A DNA stretch of 64,000 bases from an uncultured Phycisphaerales bacterium (GTDB lineage: Bacteria > Planctomycetota > Phycisphaerae > Tepidisphaerales > Tepidisphaeraceae), in the NCBI GenBank assembly GCA_963758525.1, contig CAVWVQ010000004.1, positions 1-64,000 on the forward strand, read 5' to 3'. A model generated the notes under the pieces. The model was given only the letters and a program-made list of their open reading frames with translations. It had not been told where the DNA came from and made no database searches. Position numbers and translations under genes: made by a program. This document shows positions 21,222-32,001 of this stretch, in pieces (positions within the stretch are counted from its first letter, which is position 1; the number at the start of each line of letters is the position of its first letter).

Positions 21222-21444
21222 GTAAAACAGAGTCTTCCCGATATTTCGTCAGATATCAATAAATTGGGGAGCCTTACTATTGTGGTCTCCGGGCTTCATT
21301 GTTTGTTGTTTGCTAACCAGTTCCAGCCAACAGTGGGAACGCTCGGCCGACCAGGGGCACAGCAGCGCCGTCATCGGCGGGCCGCGTGTCGGCGCGCATA
21401 GCAATTCTCCGCATCGCCAGTCTTCGGCCGCCTCCGCCAAAAAC

Positions 21445-21495
21445 CGGCCCCAGAAGCGCCAGGAAATAGAAAGTGTCGGCAAAAACGTCGCTCAC
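21445..21495 (-). pseudogene. Truncated PIN/VapC toxin N-terminus
   Basis: GTG at 21495 overlaps the antitoxin stop (GTGA); reads VSDVFADTFYFLALL, then loses PIN character. Confidence 0.65.
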
Positions 21496-21704
21496 GTTTT
21501 TGGTGTTCCATACAGATAGTGATCGTGTTGACGAGCGGCGTCTTTCGGAAGTCCTTTCGCGGAGCCAGCCAGCAAACGCAACTTGTCCCAAACAGTCGCT
21601 GGTGTTTCGGATACGGTCGCCACCCTCACCTCGGTACCCTCGGCAAGGGCTGCTCCCTGTTCGAGAACCACAACGCCGCCCTTCACTGTGCCTCGGTATT
21701 CCAT
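21492..21704 (-). CDS. Putative antitoxin (DUF104/AF2212-like N-terminus, QHDHYLYG tail)
   Basis: MEYRGTVKGGVVVLE...EGTEVRV...DAARQHDHYLYG; GAGGTG RBS. Confidence 0.75.
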   Translation of the reverse strand: MEYRGTVKGGVVVLEQGAALAEGTEVRVATVSETPATVWDKLRLLAGSAKGLPKDAARQHDHYLYGTPKT

Positions 21705-21799
21705 GTGATCACCTCATCGTCAATGGTAGCCGAAGCACCGGACAAAATCGCTTCTTTTGCCTTCGGTTACCCACGGAGCGTCTGTTTTGAACCGCGTCG

Positions 21800-22281
21800 A
21801 AAGATGGCGACGAGCCATTGGCTGTTATGCACGCCGGGAAGCGGCGCGCGATATTTGTAATCGCTGTTGAGCAGTTCCCTGGGCGGCTGATTCCAGCAGT
21901 CGTCGAAGAAGACAAATTCCACTTTGATGCCATACTTATTCGCGCGGATGAGGAAGTCCTCGATGTTGTGAAGCAGAGCGTCCTTCTTCTTCAGGTAAAC
22001 GTAGTAGTGAAGGTACGCGCGCACGCAGTTGACGCCATACACCGAGGCGTAGTGCAGCTCGCGATCGTTGATGGCCGGATCGTATTCGTCCCACTGCTGT
22101 GCTTCATTGACGGCGTTGGTCGGGACAAAAACGGCACCTTTCACCCATCGCCAATCATCCCGATTCACCGGCGCAACGGATGGCTCGCCTCCGATGGCGC
22201 TTCCACATATCAGGGAGTGCCGGAGCAAGGCAACGTCGCCACCACGAACATCCGGGCACCTTGCGATCGCTTGTTCACCAT
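21800..22281 (-). pseudogene. Truncated GH5-like glycoside hydrolase
   Basis: GAVFVPTNAVN, GVNCVRAYLHY, FVFFDDCW, PGVHNSQWL, then similarity ends before the catalytic NEP motif. Confidence 0.7.
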
Positions 22282-22494
22282 TCCGTCCTCAATTCTTGTT
22301 CCGCTCGACCAACCGAATGTCGTTGAGCCGCATCAATGATTAGCGTATAGCTCCCCCTTCGCATTTCCTGTTTCAGCTTCGTGCCGTCCCTGGGGGCCGC
22401 CGCCGAGGGCTCGACCACGTCAATGCCTCCCCGCTCCACCATGTTGGCACGCAACGGGTTGGCCGTGGCGCAAGCGGGGGCGCGTTCGCCGCCG

Positions 22495-23520
22495 TCAGTG
22501 CACTTGGCTGGGCTGCAGGCTCGAGTCGAGTGTGTCTTGCGGACTGGAATTAGGCAGCGCCGAGCCGCCGATGCCGGTGGAGGCATGAATGCCGTATGTG
22601 GACGTATAGATATTGTCGCGATAGTTCAGGGTGCCAGTCCGAAAGGGGCCGCAGAAACAGGTTGTTTGAAACTCAACGTGACCATCGCCGTACAGCACGT
22701 TTTGCCCCTGAAATTTGTGGTTGGAAGAGTTGCCCCAATATTGGCACGTGTCAGGTGGGTTCGAGTCCGCGCCCTGGGGCGCACCGGGGGCGACGGTTTC
22801 AACCCCGCCGCTTCGGCCCGCGATGCCTGATTTCCCCGGATTCACGTCCGCCGCGATCGCGAAGTCCGAGCTGATCGTATTGTTCCATTTGAACCCTGCC
22901 TGCAGCGCTGACGCACTGGGAAACGGGTTCTGATAGCTGTAGCTGCAATCGGGGATCGCGTAGCCCGCCGGCACGTGGATGTCGGTGAGGTTCGCTGTAT
23001 TGTTCCATCCGCCGAAGTTGGAGGAATCCTGCACCGACGCCGTCTGAAAGCCCCGCGTGGCGTTGCTGCTGGGACAAATAAAAGTTTCGGGGCTCAAGTC
23101 CATTGTCTTGAGCAGCAGAAAAAAGCTGGCTCCCACGGAGTTCCCGTGCGGCCCGCCCCTGGCGATGGTTGTAAAACTGCTGACAGGTTCGGCCCCGATC
23201 GAGAAACCGATATTCGAATAATCGGTAGCCGGCGTTGCACTGCCATCAAAGAGGGTGCGCGGATAGCCGCCGTTCTTCTCCATCCCGGCATACGTCTGCA
23301 TCGCCATGCCGATCTGCCTCAAATTCGCTGCGCATTTCACGCGGTTCGCCTGCTCGCGAAGGCGGCTCAGGGAAGGGAACAGTATGGCAATCAACAGCGC
23401 GATTATACTGATGGTCACCAACAGCTCGACCAAAGTAAGACCGCACCGTCTTTGTCCGCTCGCGCCAAGCAGCCTGGCGTGCGTGCATTCGATTTTTTTC
23501 TGTTTGCTCGCAATCCCCAT
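22495..23520 (-). CDS. Prepilin-type N-terminal cleavage / DUF1559-like protein (no. 1)
   Basis: GLTLVELLVTISIIALLIAILFPSL..CAANLRQIG; C-terminal NH..NVLYGDGHV. Confidence 0.9.
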   Translation of the reverse strand: MGIASKQKKIECTHARLLGASGQRRCGLTLVELLVTISIIALLIAILFPSLSRLREQANRVKCAANLRQIGMAMQTYAGMEKNGGYPRTLFDGSATPATDYSNIGFSIGAEPVSSFTTIARGGPHGNSVGASFFLLLKTMDLSPETFICPSSNATRGFQTASVQDSSNFGGWNNTANLTDIHVPAGYAIPDCSYSYQNPFPSASALQAGFKWNNTISSDFAIAADVNPGKSGIAGRSGGVETVAPGAPQGADSNPPDTCQYWGNSSNHKFQGQNVLYGDGHVEFQTTCFCGPFRTGTLNYRDNIYTSTYGIHASTGIGGSALPNSSPQDTLDSSLQPSQVH

Positions 23521-23824
23521 TTTCACAACGCTCAACCCCGCGCGGACTGACCTCTCTCGCCGCTTAAGAGCCCCCCGAATTGATCGTAAATCCACAACGA
23601 ATGGTAGCACTATTGTTCCAATTGGTCTGGCTGGAATCGTCCCAAGTCGTCAGATTTTTCGGAATACTCGGCGACCTCAGCCATTAATCAGCCTGCGTTT
23701 GTATTGACGGATAAGCGCGGTGACGGGGAAGTGAAACGGGGAAGCCGCCGTGAAACAGGGGAGCCGTGATACGCCCGGGCCCGGGATACGGGCCCCACCG
23801 GCTCCAGCTCGTATGGCGCCTTGC

Positions 23825-24112
23825 ATCAACGACGGCGGCGTGCTCTCGGACGCAAGCCAGAACTGGACAAATGCCCGCAGCGTCACGAACGACGTGGTGC
23901 TGAGCCAGACGGAGACGACCTACGATGCCGACGGCAACGCCATCGAAACCACAAATCCGACGCACAACCGGACGTACCCGACGGACGACCTACGATGCCG
24001 ACGGCAACGCCATCGAAACCACAAATCCGACGCACAACCGGACGTACCCGACGGACGACCTACGATGCCGACGGCAATGCTATCGAAACCGCCCATCACG
24101 AGCGCCTGCCCG
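23825..24112 (+). pseudogene. RHS/YD-repeat gene remnant
   Basis: DGG..SVTNDVVLSQTETTYDADGNAIET; frame broken by the 70-bp repeat. Confidence 0.6.
23917..24090. repeat. 70-bp tandem repeat (three 34-bp units separated by two identical 36-bp segments)
   Basis: tacgatgccg recurs at 23921, 23991 and 24061. Confidence 0.95.
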
Positions 24113-24118
24113 GCAATT

Positions 24119-25153
24119 TTATTCCAGCAATGTAAGGGGTGATTCGCTTTCCTTTTTGACTTGCTCGATTCGGCAGGATGAAGGGCTTTTCTCGGGCCGC
24201 CAGCGAAGGAGGCGGGTGCCGTGGCGAAAACGATGGCCGCTGAAATGGTCATACTGCACCTCAACAACCAGAGCAGGTTTTAATGGATGCCAGTCAGCGC
24301 TGCGGCCCTCCTTGCTCCATCGGCTCGGGCCGCCTGGCGCCGCACCCGTGAATCCTGGCGGCTGAATCAGGGCCTCGAGTTTTTTGGTTAGCGCATCTTT
24401 ATCGACGTTCGCAAGGCCGGAGGTAAACCCGACGTGGTTGAGCAAGCCGGCGTGGTCGTACAGTCCGAGAAGCAACGAGGCGACCCGCTTGCTCTTGGTG
24501 CCATAGCGAAAGCCGCCCACGACACAATCAGCGGTTCGGAGGTTTTTAATCTTCAGCATCGCGCCGCGCTCGCCGGCGGCATAGGCGCGGTCGAGACGCT
24601 TTGCGATGATGCCGTCGAGCGGTCCGGCCATTCGCTGGAACCAACGCCTGGCCAGATCGAAATCATCGGTGCAAGGCGAAAGACGAACTCGCAAACTGCC
24701 GTCGAGATATTTGGCCGCGAATCGTTCGAGCGTATCGCGCCGATCTCTGAGATTGTGATCGGCAATACTCTTGGCCCTGTCATCCACCAGCAGGTCAAAC
24801 ACCACAAGCGTGGCGGGCGTCTGCACCGCAAGTTTCTTGATCCGGCTTGCGGCAGGATGAATTCGCTGAAGCAACGCGTCAAAGTCAAGACGCTGCTGAT
24901 CGGCGATAATCAGCTCACCGTCGAGGACGAATTGTTTTGCCTTGAGAACCGACAGCGCGGCGATCATTTCGGGAAAATAACGTCCCAGCCCCTGGCCGGA
25001 TTTCGAGATCAGCTCGATCTCCTCTTTGTCCCGGAACGCCAGGCAGCGAAAGCCGTCCCACTTCGGCTCGTATTGCCATTGCTCCCCGCGCGGAATCTCC
25101 CTGGCGGTCTCCGCTTCCATCGGTGCGTAGTCAGTGGAAATGGGGAGTTTCAT
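24119..25153 (-). CDS. ligC: ATP-dependent DNA ligase, LigC type
   Basis: YEPKWDGFR, LDGEL, TADCVVGGFR, GGPSRWS, RFRHG, RWRPEK. Confidence 0.9.
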   Translation of the reverse strand: MKLPISTDYAPMEAETAREIPRGEQWQYEPKWDGFRCLAFRDKEEIELISKSGQGLGRYFPEMIAALSVLKAKQFVLDGELIIADQQRLDFDALLQRIHPAASRIKKLAVQTPATLVVFDLLVDDRAKSIADHNLRDRRDTLERFAAKYLDGSLRVRLSPCTDDFDLARRWFQRMAGPLDGIIAKRLDRAYAAGERGAMLKIKNLRTADCVVGGFRYGTKSKRVASLLLGLYDHAGLLNHVGFTSGLANVDKDALTKKLEALIQPPGFTGAAPGGPSRWSKEGRSADWHPLKPALVVEVQYDHFSGHRFRHGTRLLRWRPEKSPSSCRIEQVKKESESPLTLLE

Positions 25154-26067
25154 GCGAGTGCCTCCAGACGCGTTCGCCCTCGCTGGAGCAGCAAGGGCTT
25201 AAAAAGATCCCCGAATTCCTCGACACGCCGCAGGGTTTGCTGCATCTGAAAATCGGCAATGGAGACTCCTTCTTCCACTTCGTTCCAGGTAACGGGCGCG
25301 GACACCGCAGCCTGAGATTTCGCCCGGACCGAGTAAACGGAAGCGAGCGTTCGTCCCCAGGCATTTTGGTTGTAGTCAACAAGCACGCGTCCGGCGGGAC
25401 GCTTGGCGATTCGGTATTCACTTGTGACCAGCTTCGGATTTGCCTGCGCCAGCTCCATTGCGATGCGTTTCGCAACGGTCCAGACCTCCTTTTGCAGCGG
25501 CCCGCGCACGATGGGCACGTAAATATGAATCCCCCTGGATCCGGTGGTCTTCGGATAGCTCTTCACCTTTTTAGAGAGCAGGTAGTCACGGAGGAGAATG
25601 GCCACTTCTCTCACCTGCGAAAAATCCGCAGGCGGTACGGGGTCGAGATCGAAATGCAGGTAATCCGGACGATTCACGTCATCGCATCGTGCATACCACT
25701 GATTCAGATCGATGCAGCCGAGATTGACGATCCACAGCAACGACGCCAAGTCCTGCACGACTGGGAAATCGATCACATTTCCAGAACTGTGTTTGATCGT
25801 ACACACCTGCAGCCAGTCCGGCCGGTTGTCTGGCGCTCGCTTCATGAAAAAGAAATCCCCGTCAATCCCGTTGGGATAACGTTTCATGACCATCGCGCGG
25901 TCCCGAAGATGCGGCAGCAAGACCGCCGAGACATCCGCGTAGTAGGCAAGCAGATCACCCTTTGTGATTCCAAGATCGGGCCAAAACAGCTTCTGCAGAT
26001 TTGTCAGTTGGACCGACTTCCCGGCCACCTTCGCCACATAGGAGGAAACATTTCCGGGAATCGTCAT
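25150..26067 (-). CDS. Stand-alone LigD-type primase-polymerase domain
   Basis: KRYPNG, FDLDP, KTTGSRGIHIY, VDYNQN, YSVR; stop overlaps the ligase start. Confidence 0.9.
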   Translation of the reverse strand: MTIPGNVSSYVAKVAGKSVQLTNLQKLFWPDLGITKGDLLAYYADVSAVLLPHLRDRAMVMKRYPNGIDGDFFFMKRAPDNRPDWLQVCTIKHSSGNVIDFPVVQDLASLLWIVNLGCIDLNQWYARCDDVNRPDYLHFDLDPVPPADFSQVREVAILLRDYLLSKKVKSYPKTTGSRGIHIYVPIVRGPLQKEVWTVAKRIAMELAQANPKLVTSEYRIAKRPAGRVLVDYNQNAWGRTLASVYSVRAKSQAAVSAPVTWNEVEEGVSIADFQMQQTLRRVEEFGDLFKPLLLQRGRTRLEALA

Positions 26068-26356
26068 GGGAAAAGCTGGTTACAGTGGTCACAAGGCTAC
26101 CCGCGATGCCGAGCTGAACGGAATGGGGAAAAAGGCGTTCTGAACTCGTACTGCGTCTGCCGAGCTGCGTCGCTACCGCGACAGCAGTAGCGCACACACA
26201 CACGATATATGTCGGAAGCACGACACCTGGGCTGGGCGTTGCTGTTTTACTACACACACTCCGATACGATCTTGGACAAGGAGGTCTACACCAATTAGCA
26301 AGCAGCCCCTGCCCAGGCACCGCGTATCCGCGATCGGTGTTAAGGTATTCGGAACC

Positions 26357-26908
26357 TTGAGCATCCTGCTCGGGTGCGCTTGCGCGTTCACATACTGCAG
26401 GACAATCGACTGCACCCTCCAAGGCGACGCTATCGTCCGCCACCTAAAGTGGATCAAGATCTCATCGGTAGGGACTCGGTGGAGCAACGGAGGGTTTAAT
26501 GTGGTCGTGGTTACCGACACCGGACCTTTCGATGAGCGTGAGTGGAAAAGGCACGGCCCGCCGGCGGTCCCAACATGGCGATTCGAGCTTTCTCCATGGA
26601 CGCATTACCCCTACTACGTCCACTTCGATGCCCCGTTTTCGTTCGACAATTTGGGACTTGAGATTGGGTCCCGCACAGCGCACGGGCAGTTTTGCGGTTT
26701 GCGCATCCGTTCGCTGGTGGTACCTGACGTTGTTCCAATCGCTGCGACAGGTGCTCTTACGCTGATTTTTGCGAGGCGACGAAGCCAGCGATTGCGGCTC
26801 GCGGAAGGAAGATGCCAGGGGTGCGGGTACGACCTCCGATGCAGCCCGGATTACTGCCCAGAATGCGGAACGGCTGTCCAGGAAGCTGTTAAGACTGCCA
26901 TGGATTGA
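26357..26908 (+). CDS. Hypothetical membrane protein with C-terminal zinc ribbon
   Basis: TM helix followed by GRCQGCGYDLRCSPDYCPECG; start uncertain. Confidence 0.7.
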   Translation: MSILLGCACAFTYCRTIDCTLQGDAIVRHLKWIKISSVGTRWSNGGFNVVVVTDTGPFDEREWKRHGPPAVPTWRFELSPWTHYPYYVHFDAPFSFDNLGLEIGSRTAHGQFCGLRIRSLVVPDVVPIAATGALTLIFARRRSQRLRLAEGRCQGCGYDLRCSPDYCPECGTAVQEAVKTAMD

Positions 26909-27006
26909 TTGGGCGGCGATGGTTTGCGCATGGAATCTGTCGCCCGCTGAAAACCCGACGCAAATGAATTTTGCTGGAGCGGGACAATCGCATCACCCAA
27001 AGCTTT

Positions 27007-29619
27007 TCATTGGTTCGGACCGCTGAGTGGCCAAAGCCACCACAAGGCGCTGGTGACTCCGCGCGGATAGTGCCGGCAGCCGAAGGCGATGTGAGAACCG
27101 GTGAAAATCTGATCCGTCCAGCAGACGGCGGGCGCGCCAAGAACCTGATACGCGTACTGAGCGGCGTCGGCGTTGTGACCCGTGGCGTCATTCTTCACGC
27201 CCAAAATGTTTTCTGCCACGAACTGATTGAGATAGACCTTGCTCTGCCAGGTGGTCGAGCTGGTGGAGGAAAGATTCCAGGCGCCGGTCTGCGCGTCGAC
27301 GCACACGCCGGGAACCAAAATCGTGTTCAGATGAGTTTTAAGGTGGCTGATTAGCTCAGCGTTGGGGCCGTCGATCGCCACTTCCTTGGTCAATCCCATC
27401 GCATAGGGGTAGGCGAGGCCTTCGATCGCGGGAATGATTACCGAATCGCTCTTCCCCTCGAAGAGAGCGGGGAAGCAGCGATGCGCGTCGTCCCAATGCG
27501 ACAAAATTCCCCTGGCTGTGTAGACCTCCGCCCTTTGCGCCTCGTCAGCCAATGACGTTTCGCCAAGCTGGACAAAGACCGGCTTGAGCATCGTGTAACA
27601 TGCGAACGATTTCACGGCGATGTAAAGGCTGTCAATTGGATGTTGCAGCGACGCATCCATGGCATCGTACGTCGTGATTTCGCCGGTGCGTTGGCCGACA
27701 TTCGATACGTAGGTCGTGATGCCATCGCGCTTGGAAGGATCCAGGTCATCCCGCAGTTGCATGGATTGAAGCGCGCGCTTGAACACGTCCTTGTTTTGCT
27801 CCAGCCATGCATTATCTCCGGTCGTCTTCCAGTAGAGGGCCGCGCAGATAATCCAATTCTGCAGCTCTTCCTGCGTCATCAACGTCTTGTAGGCGGCTCC
27901 TTTTTCATGATTGGAAAAGTTGATCCGCGTTCCCATGTCGTGACAGAACCCTATGCCGCCGGGAAATCTCTGCGTCTGGCCTGGGAGCGTCAGTTCATCT
28001 GTATAGGAAAAGGGGTTTAGAAAATGATCCAGTTCGTTCCGCACGGTCCAGGGATGCATCGCCAGCTCGTAGAAAACATGATCCACCGTGAGATCGAAGG
28101 TGTTGATGCAGGAGCACTCGCCCTCTATCACTGCCCACACAGGTTCGTTGGTCTCGGTGGCGTGGAGGATCGTGTTGTACTGATAGGAATGCAGAGCGTC
28201 GGCGGCAAGAAATTGTCTTTCTTCGTCCTGGCCGGAGCCGGCCAGCTTCGCATCCATTTCCTGGCAACGAGCAATCGCGGCCGGCAATTCAGCCGAGGCC
28301 GATTTGAGAACATCGTTGATGTCGGCGTAGAGCGCGTCGCACATCAACTTCAGCGGATGATCGAGGAATTGAGCGATCACTCCGCTGCGGTATTGAACGA
28401 TATAGAACGTGACGACCTTTTCCGATCCTGGGGGGACATGAATACAGAATGCGGAGGTGGCTCCTCTGACGCCGAAGGCCTCTTTCGCCTGGTCCTCGGT
28501 GAGAAGCTCGGCATCGCCAGCCTTGACGGCAATCGAGCTGTTCCCGTCGACGACGTAGCCGTCGAATCCGTTCCAGCCGGTTGCGCGCGTCGCGGGCTGC
28601 TCGAGACTGAAGAGCAGGCGAGTTTCTTCCGTACCGGAACGATTGTCGATCCGGTACTGCATCCACGTTGCCGGAAGCACAAATTGCCGCTTTTGTTCAT
28701 CGGTCGCCTTGTTCCACTCGCGCAGCGCCCAGACCGGCGTGTAGTGCGTCCAACTCACACCCAGCGGCATGGTCCAGTGATCGGTGCAGGCGCCGAGCGT
28801 TCGCGTGACCTGCTGATCGGTAACAAGAACACCGCCCGGCAATGACGGCTGGGTGGAAGCGAACGGCATGAGGCGCTCGGTCTGTCCGTTCCTGGCGGCG
28901 ATGATCACCCCCTGATGCGGGATGAGCGTACCGTCACCGCCGGGTTGCTTGCAGACTTGAACTCCGCCGCTGGCCTCCATGCCGTAGATGAACGTCGACC
29001 AGGATCCGACCGGACTGTGATCGACGTCGAAAAATGGAACATCACCCACTTTGACCCTGTGGAACGGGCGCGAGCGCGAATCGAGAAGAGTTAGCCGCTC
29101 CGCTTTTTTCCAATCGCTGGCAGTACCAAATGCGATCTCTTTGCCAGCCGCATCGTTGATGCGCGCATAGCTGACAAACGCCGGCTGGTTCACGCCGGTA
29201 AACTGCAGCGACAGAGAACCGCCCGCGTGACTGAACGTCGTCTTCATGACCCACGGCTTGAACGCGCCGCCGGCTTTGGCCCAGACATCGAGATTTGCGT
29301 CAAGGGGAGTTCCGTTGGCCGAGAGTGAGATGGTGTGTTGTTGAGCGCCGGTGCTCTGGGTGTCGACAAAACCCAATTCAATGGTGACGGGCTGAGCGTC
29401 CACACTTCGCACGAAGAGTTCGAACGCGTTGCCGACGATCTCACCAGAAAACAATTGAGACGAGGTGTCGGGCGGAAGCTTTGCAGCATCCACGGCACGG
29501 AAGGTTGCCTGGCCCTCGCGGAGGATCTTGTTGGGTGCGGCAGATGCAACGGCAATGCTGCTTCCCAGAAACAGGCTCAGGATGCAGCAGTAAGCGATCG
29601 GGTTGGGATGGTTCTTCAT
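27007..29619 (-). CDS. GH52 beta-xylosidase with signal peptide and malectin-like N-terminal module
   Basis: HSPVGSWSTF, EGEC..INTFDLTVD, HDMG, MTQEEL, EITTYDAMDASL, IIPAIEGL, HYPRGVT. Confidence 0.85.
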   Translation of the reverse strand: MKNHPNPIAYCCILSLFLGSSIAVASAAPNKILREGQATFRAVDAAKLPPDTSSQLFSGEIVGNAFELFVRSVDAQPVTIELGFVDTQSTGAQQHTISLSANGTPLDANLDVWAKAGGAFKPWVMKTTFSHAGGSLSLQFTGVNQPAFVSYARINDAAGKEIAFGTASDWKKAERLTLLDSRSRPFHRVKVGDVPFFDVDHSPVGSWSTFIYGMEASGGVQVCKQPGGDGTLIPHQGVIIAARNGQTERLMPFASTQPSLPGGVLVTDQQVTRTLGACTDHWTMPLGVSWTHYTPVWALREWNKATDEQKRQFVLPATWMQYRIDNRSGTEETRLLFSLEQPATRATGWNGFDGYVVDGNSSIAVKAGDAELLTEDQAKEAFGVRGATSAFCIHVPPGSEKVVTFYIVQYRSGVIAQFLDHPLKLMCDALYADINDVLKSASAELPAAIARCQEMDAKLAGSGQDEERQFLAADALHSYQYNTILHATETNEPVWAVIEGECSCINTFDLTVDHVFYELAMHPWTVRNELDHFLNPFSYTDELTLPGQTQRFPGGIGFCHDMGTRINFSNHEKGAAYKTLMTQEELQNWIICAALYWKTTGDNAWLEQNKDVFKRALQSMQLRDDLDPSKRDGITTYVSNVGQRTGEITTYDAMDASLQHPIDSLYIAVKSFACYTMLKPVFVQLGETSLADEAQRAEVYTARGILSHWDDAHRCFPALFEGKSDSVIIPAIEGLAYPYAMGLTKEVAIDGPNAELISHLKTHLNTILVPGVCVDAQTGAWNLSSTSSTTWQSKVYLNQFVAENILGVKNDATGHNADAAQYAYQVLGAPAVCWTDQIFTGSHIAFGCRHYPRGVTSALWWLWPLSGPNQ

Positions 29620-29620
29620 G

Positions 29621-32001
29621 TTATTCAATTCCCCATGTGACATTCGGCTTGGGCCCCAGAACCAATTCGAGAGACCCTCCGGCGGTAATCTCCGAATTGC
29701 TGAGCCAGCAACGATTGAAAGGTTTCCCATTGAGCGTCGCTGACTGGATATACACATTCTTCGGTGAATTATTTTTCGCGCTGATGACGAAGCTTTCGCC
29801 CCTGGCGTATTTGGGGTCGAACTTCAGCGTCACTCTGTCAAAGAGCGGCGTGAAGATCTCGAAGCGCGGATCGCCGGGACAAGCTTGATGCAATCCGCTT
29901 GAGGCCAGGACAAACCAGGCTGACATCTGGCCAACATCGTCATCCCCGCTCAATCCGTTGGGGCGGGCGCTGTACGTTTCGGTCACGAGCCGCCGGACCC
30001 ATTTCTGGGTCAGCCACGGATGCCGGCCCGGTTAAACAAAAATGGAATCAGGTGGCTCGGCTCATTCGACTGGTTCTCATACGGACTTCCCTTGTTGAGC
30101 CTGGGCGTGCGGTCGAAGAAATCGCTCAGCTTGGCAACAAACAATTCCTTCCCGCCCAGGAGGTCGATCAGGCCTGGAATATCCTGCGGCACAAACCAGC
30201 CTGTTTGGTAAACGCTGGATTCCATTCCGCCACGACCGGAGATCAACCCGTCCCATGGCACCCAATTCCCGCTCTTGTCCCTGCTGCGAAACCACCCCTT
30301 CCAGTCCTGGCGGACTTCCTTGCCCGCCTTGTCATAAGACCAGGGGACACTGGAATCAAAAAGAGTGTGATAAGCCTGGCCGCGCACCGCAATCTTCTGT
30401 GCGTCATCGGCGTGGCCAAGTGCCCGCGCGAGCTGTGAGAGATTCCAATCGTCGTATGCGTTCTCCAGAGTGATGGCGAGTCCGTGGTCCGACGGGTCGT
30501 ATCCTCGCGGACCGTTCCCGAACTTTTCGCATGTATTTGCAGAGTATTCGTAAGCCTTGGCCAGATCGAAATTGCGAATGCCCTTCTGATAGGCATCGTT
30601 AATCACTGCCACTTGCGGGCTGCCGCACATGCAGCCGGTGTAGGAGCCCATCAGTTCCCACCGGTCGAAATAATGGGTGCCGTTTTGCCCGGCAAGTTCG
30701 ACCATGCTGTTGATCTGGTCATTGACGATATTTGGAGCAATCAGCAACAGCAGCGGAAACTGGCTGCGATAGACGTCCCACCCGCTGAAAATGGTGCGTT
30801 TGGTAAACGCTTTGGTTTGATGGACCTGTCCGTCGCCGCCGGTATAGTCGCCATTCACATCGGCGCAGATGCGCGGATCGATCAGTGCGTGATACATCCC
30901 CGTGTAGAAGATCGTCTTTTGATCTTCCGTCCCGCCCTCAACCAACATCCGCCCCAGCGCCCCTGCCCACGATTGCCTGCTCTGCTCGCGCAGGCTGTCA
31001 AATTCCCACCCGGGTATTTCTGCCGCGAGGTTCTCCCGTGCGCCCGCGATGCTGACGTACGAAATCCCAGCCTTAAGCAGAATCGCCTCTTTGTCTGCGG
31101 TCGGAAACTCCGCGTAGAAACCCAGGTGTTGTCCTTCCTTCTCCCGGCAGCCCGGAACCTGGCTTGCCGCCTTGCATGCAGCTGCAAATTCAGGCTTGCT
31201 CCAGATGTTTTTGCCGGATGGAATCGCGGCGCTCCACACGCCAAAATTCTTGAGCGGGCGGCTGAATTCTGCATGGTAATAGAGCGTGTAGTCGACGGTG
31301 CCCCCGCGGAAGCCGCCTCCGGAGCGCGAACATTTGATTTCGCCCTCGATGGCGTTGTCCCCGATTACCTTCACGGTTTGGTGCGACGAGGTGCCGCCGA
31401 CGCGGCGCGCCAGATCAATTTGAATTCGGGACTGCGGGTTCTGGGGAAATGTAAAGCGGAGGATGCCGCTGTGCGGCGCCGCGGTCACCTCGGCGCGAAC
31501 CTTGTAGTCATCCAGCGTCACCGCGTAATAGCCCGGCTGAGCAACTTCAGATTCTTTGGAATACGACGACAGATAGCCGCTGCCAGGCTTGTCTGTTTCG
31601 CCATACCAGGTTTTGAGCGGGCCGGTGGTCGGCATGACCATGAAATTGCCGAGGTCTCCGTAGGCGCCGACACCGCTCATGTGATTGAAACTGAAACCTT
31701 GAATCGTGGTGTGCGGATAAGAATAACCGGCTCCGTTGTCGCCGCCGGTGATGGTGTCCGGGCTCAACTGCACCATGCCGGCCGGCGTGGCTGCGCCGGG
31801 AAAGAGCTTGCCGTGAAATCCGTCAAAATCAGGGTCAAGCTTCACACCCGACGCCGTGAGCCTGGCCATTTCCTCCTTCGTGGGATAGGTGCTGGCCGCG
31901 CCGATGAACGGGTTGACGTAGTCGACCGGTTCTTTCGCCGCGAGAGAAGCCGTGGGCAAAATCAGGCTGACCCCGGCGATAAAAGAGAGCAATTTTTTCA
32001 T
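29621..32001 (-). CDS. GH92 alpha-1,2-mannosidase family; frameshift near 30020
   Basis: YVNPFIG, GMVQLSPDT, FSGWDVYR, NEPSH, GDDDVGQMSAW in the downstream fragment. Confidence 0.9.

Noticed and set aside
23917..24090. CRISPR array
   Set aside because: Spacers are identical, the repeat encodes an RHS YD motif with synonymous variation, and there are no cas genes. Kept only as a repeat finding.
26150..26345. ncRNA or contingency repeat around cacacacacac
   Set aside because: Short CA runs only, with no recognisable structure or family motif.
15800..26910. Integron cassette array or prophage
   Set aside because: No integrase, no paired attC boxes, no phage genes, and gene orientations are mixed.
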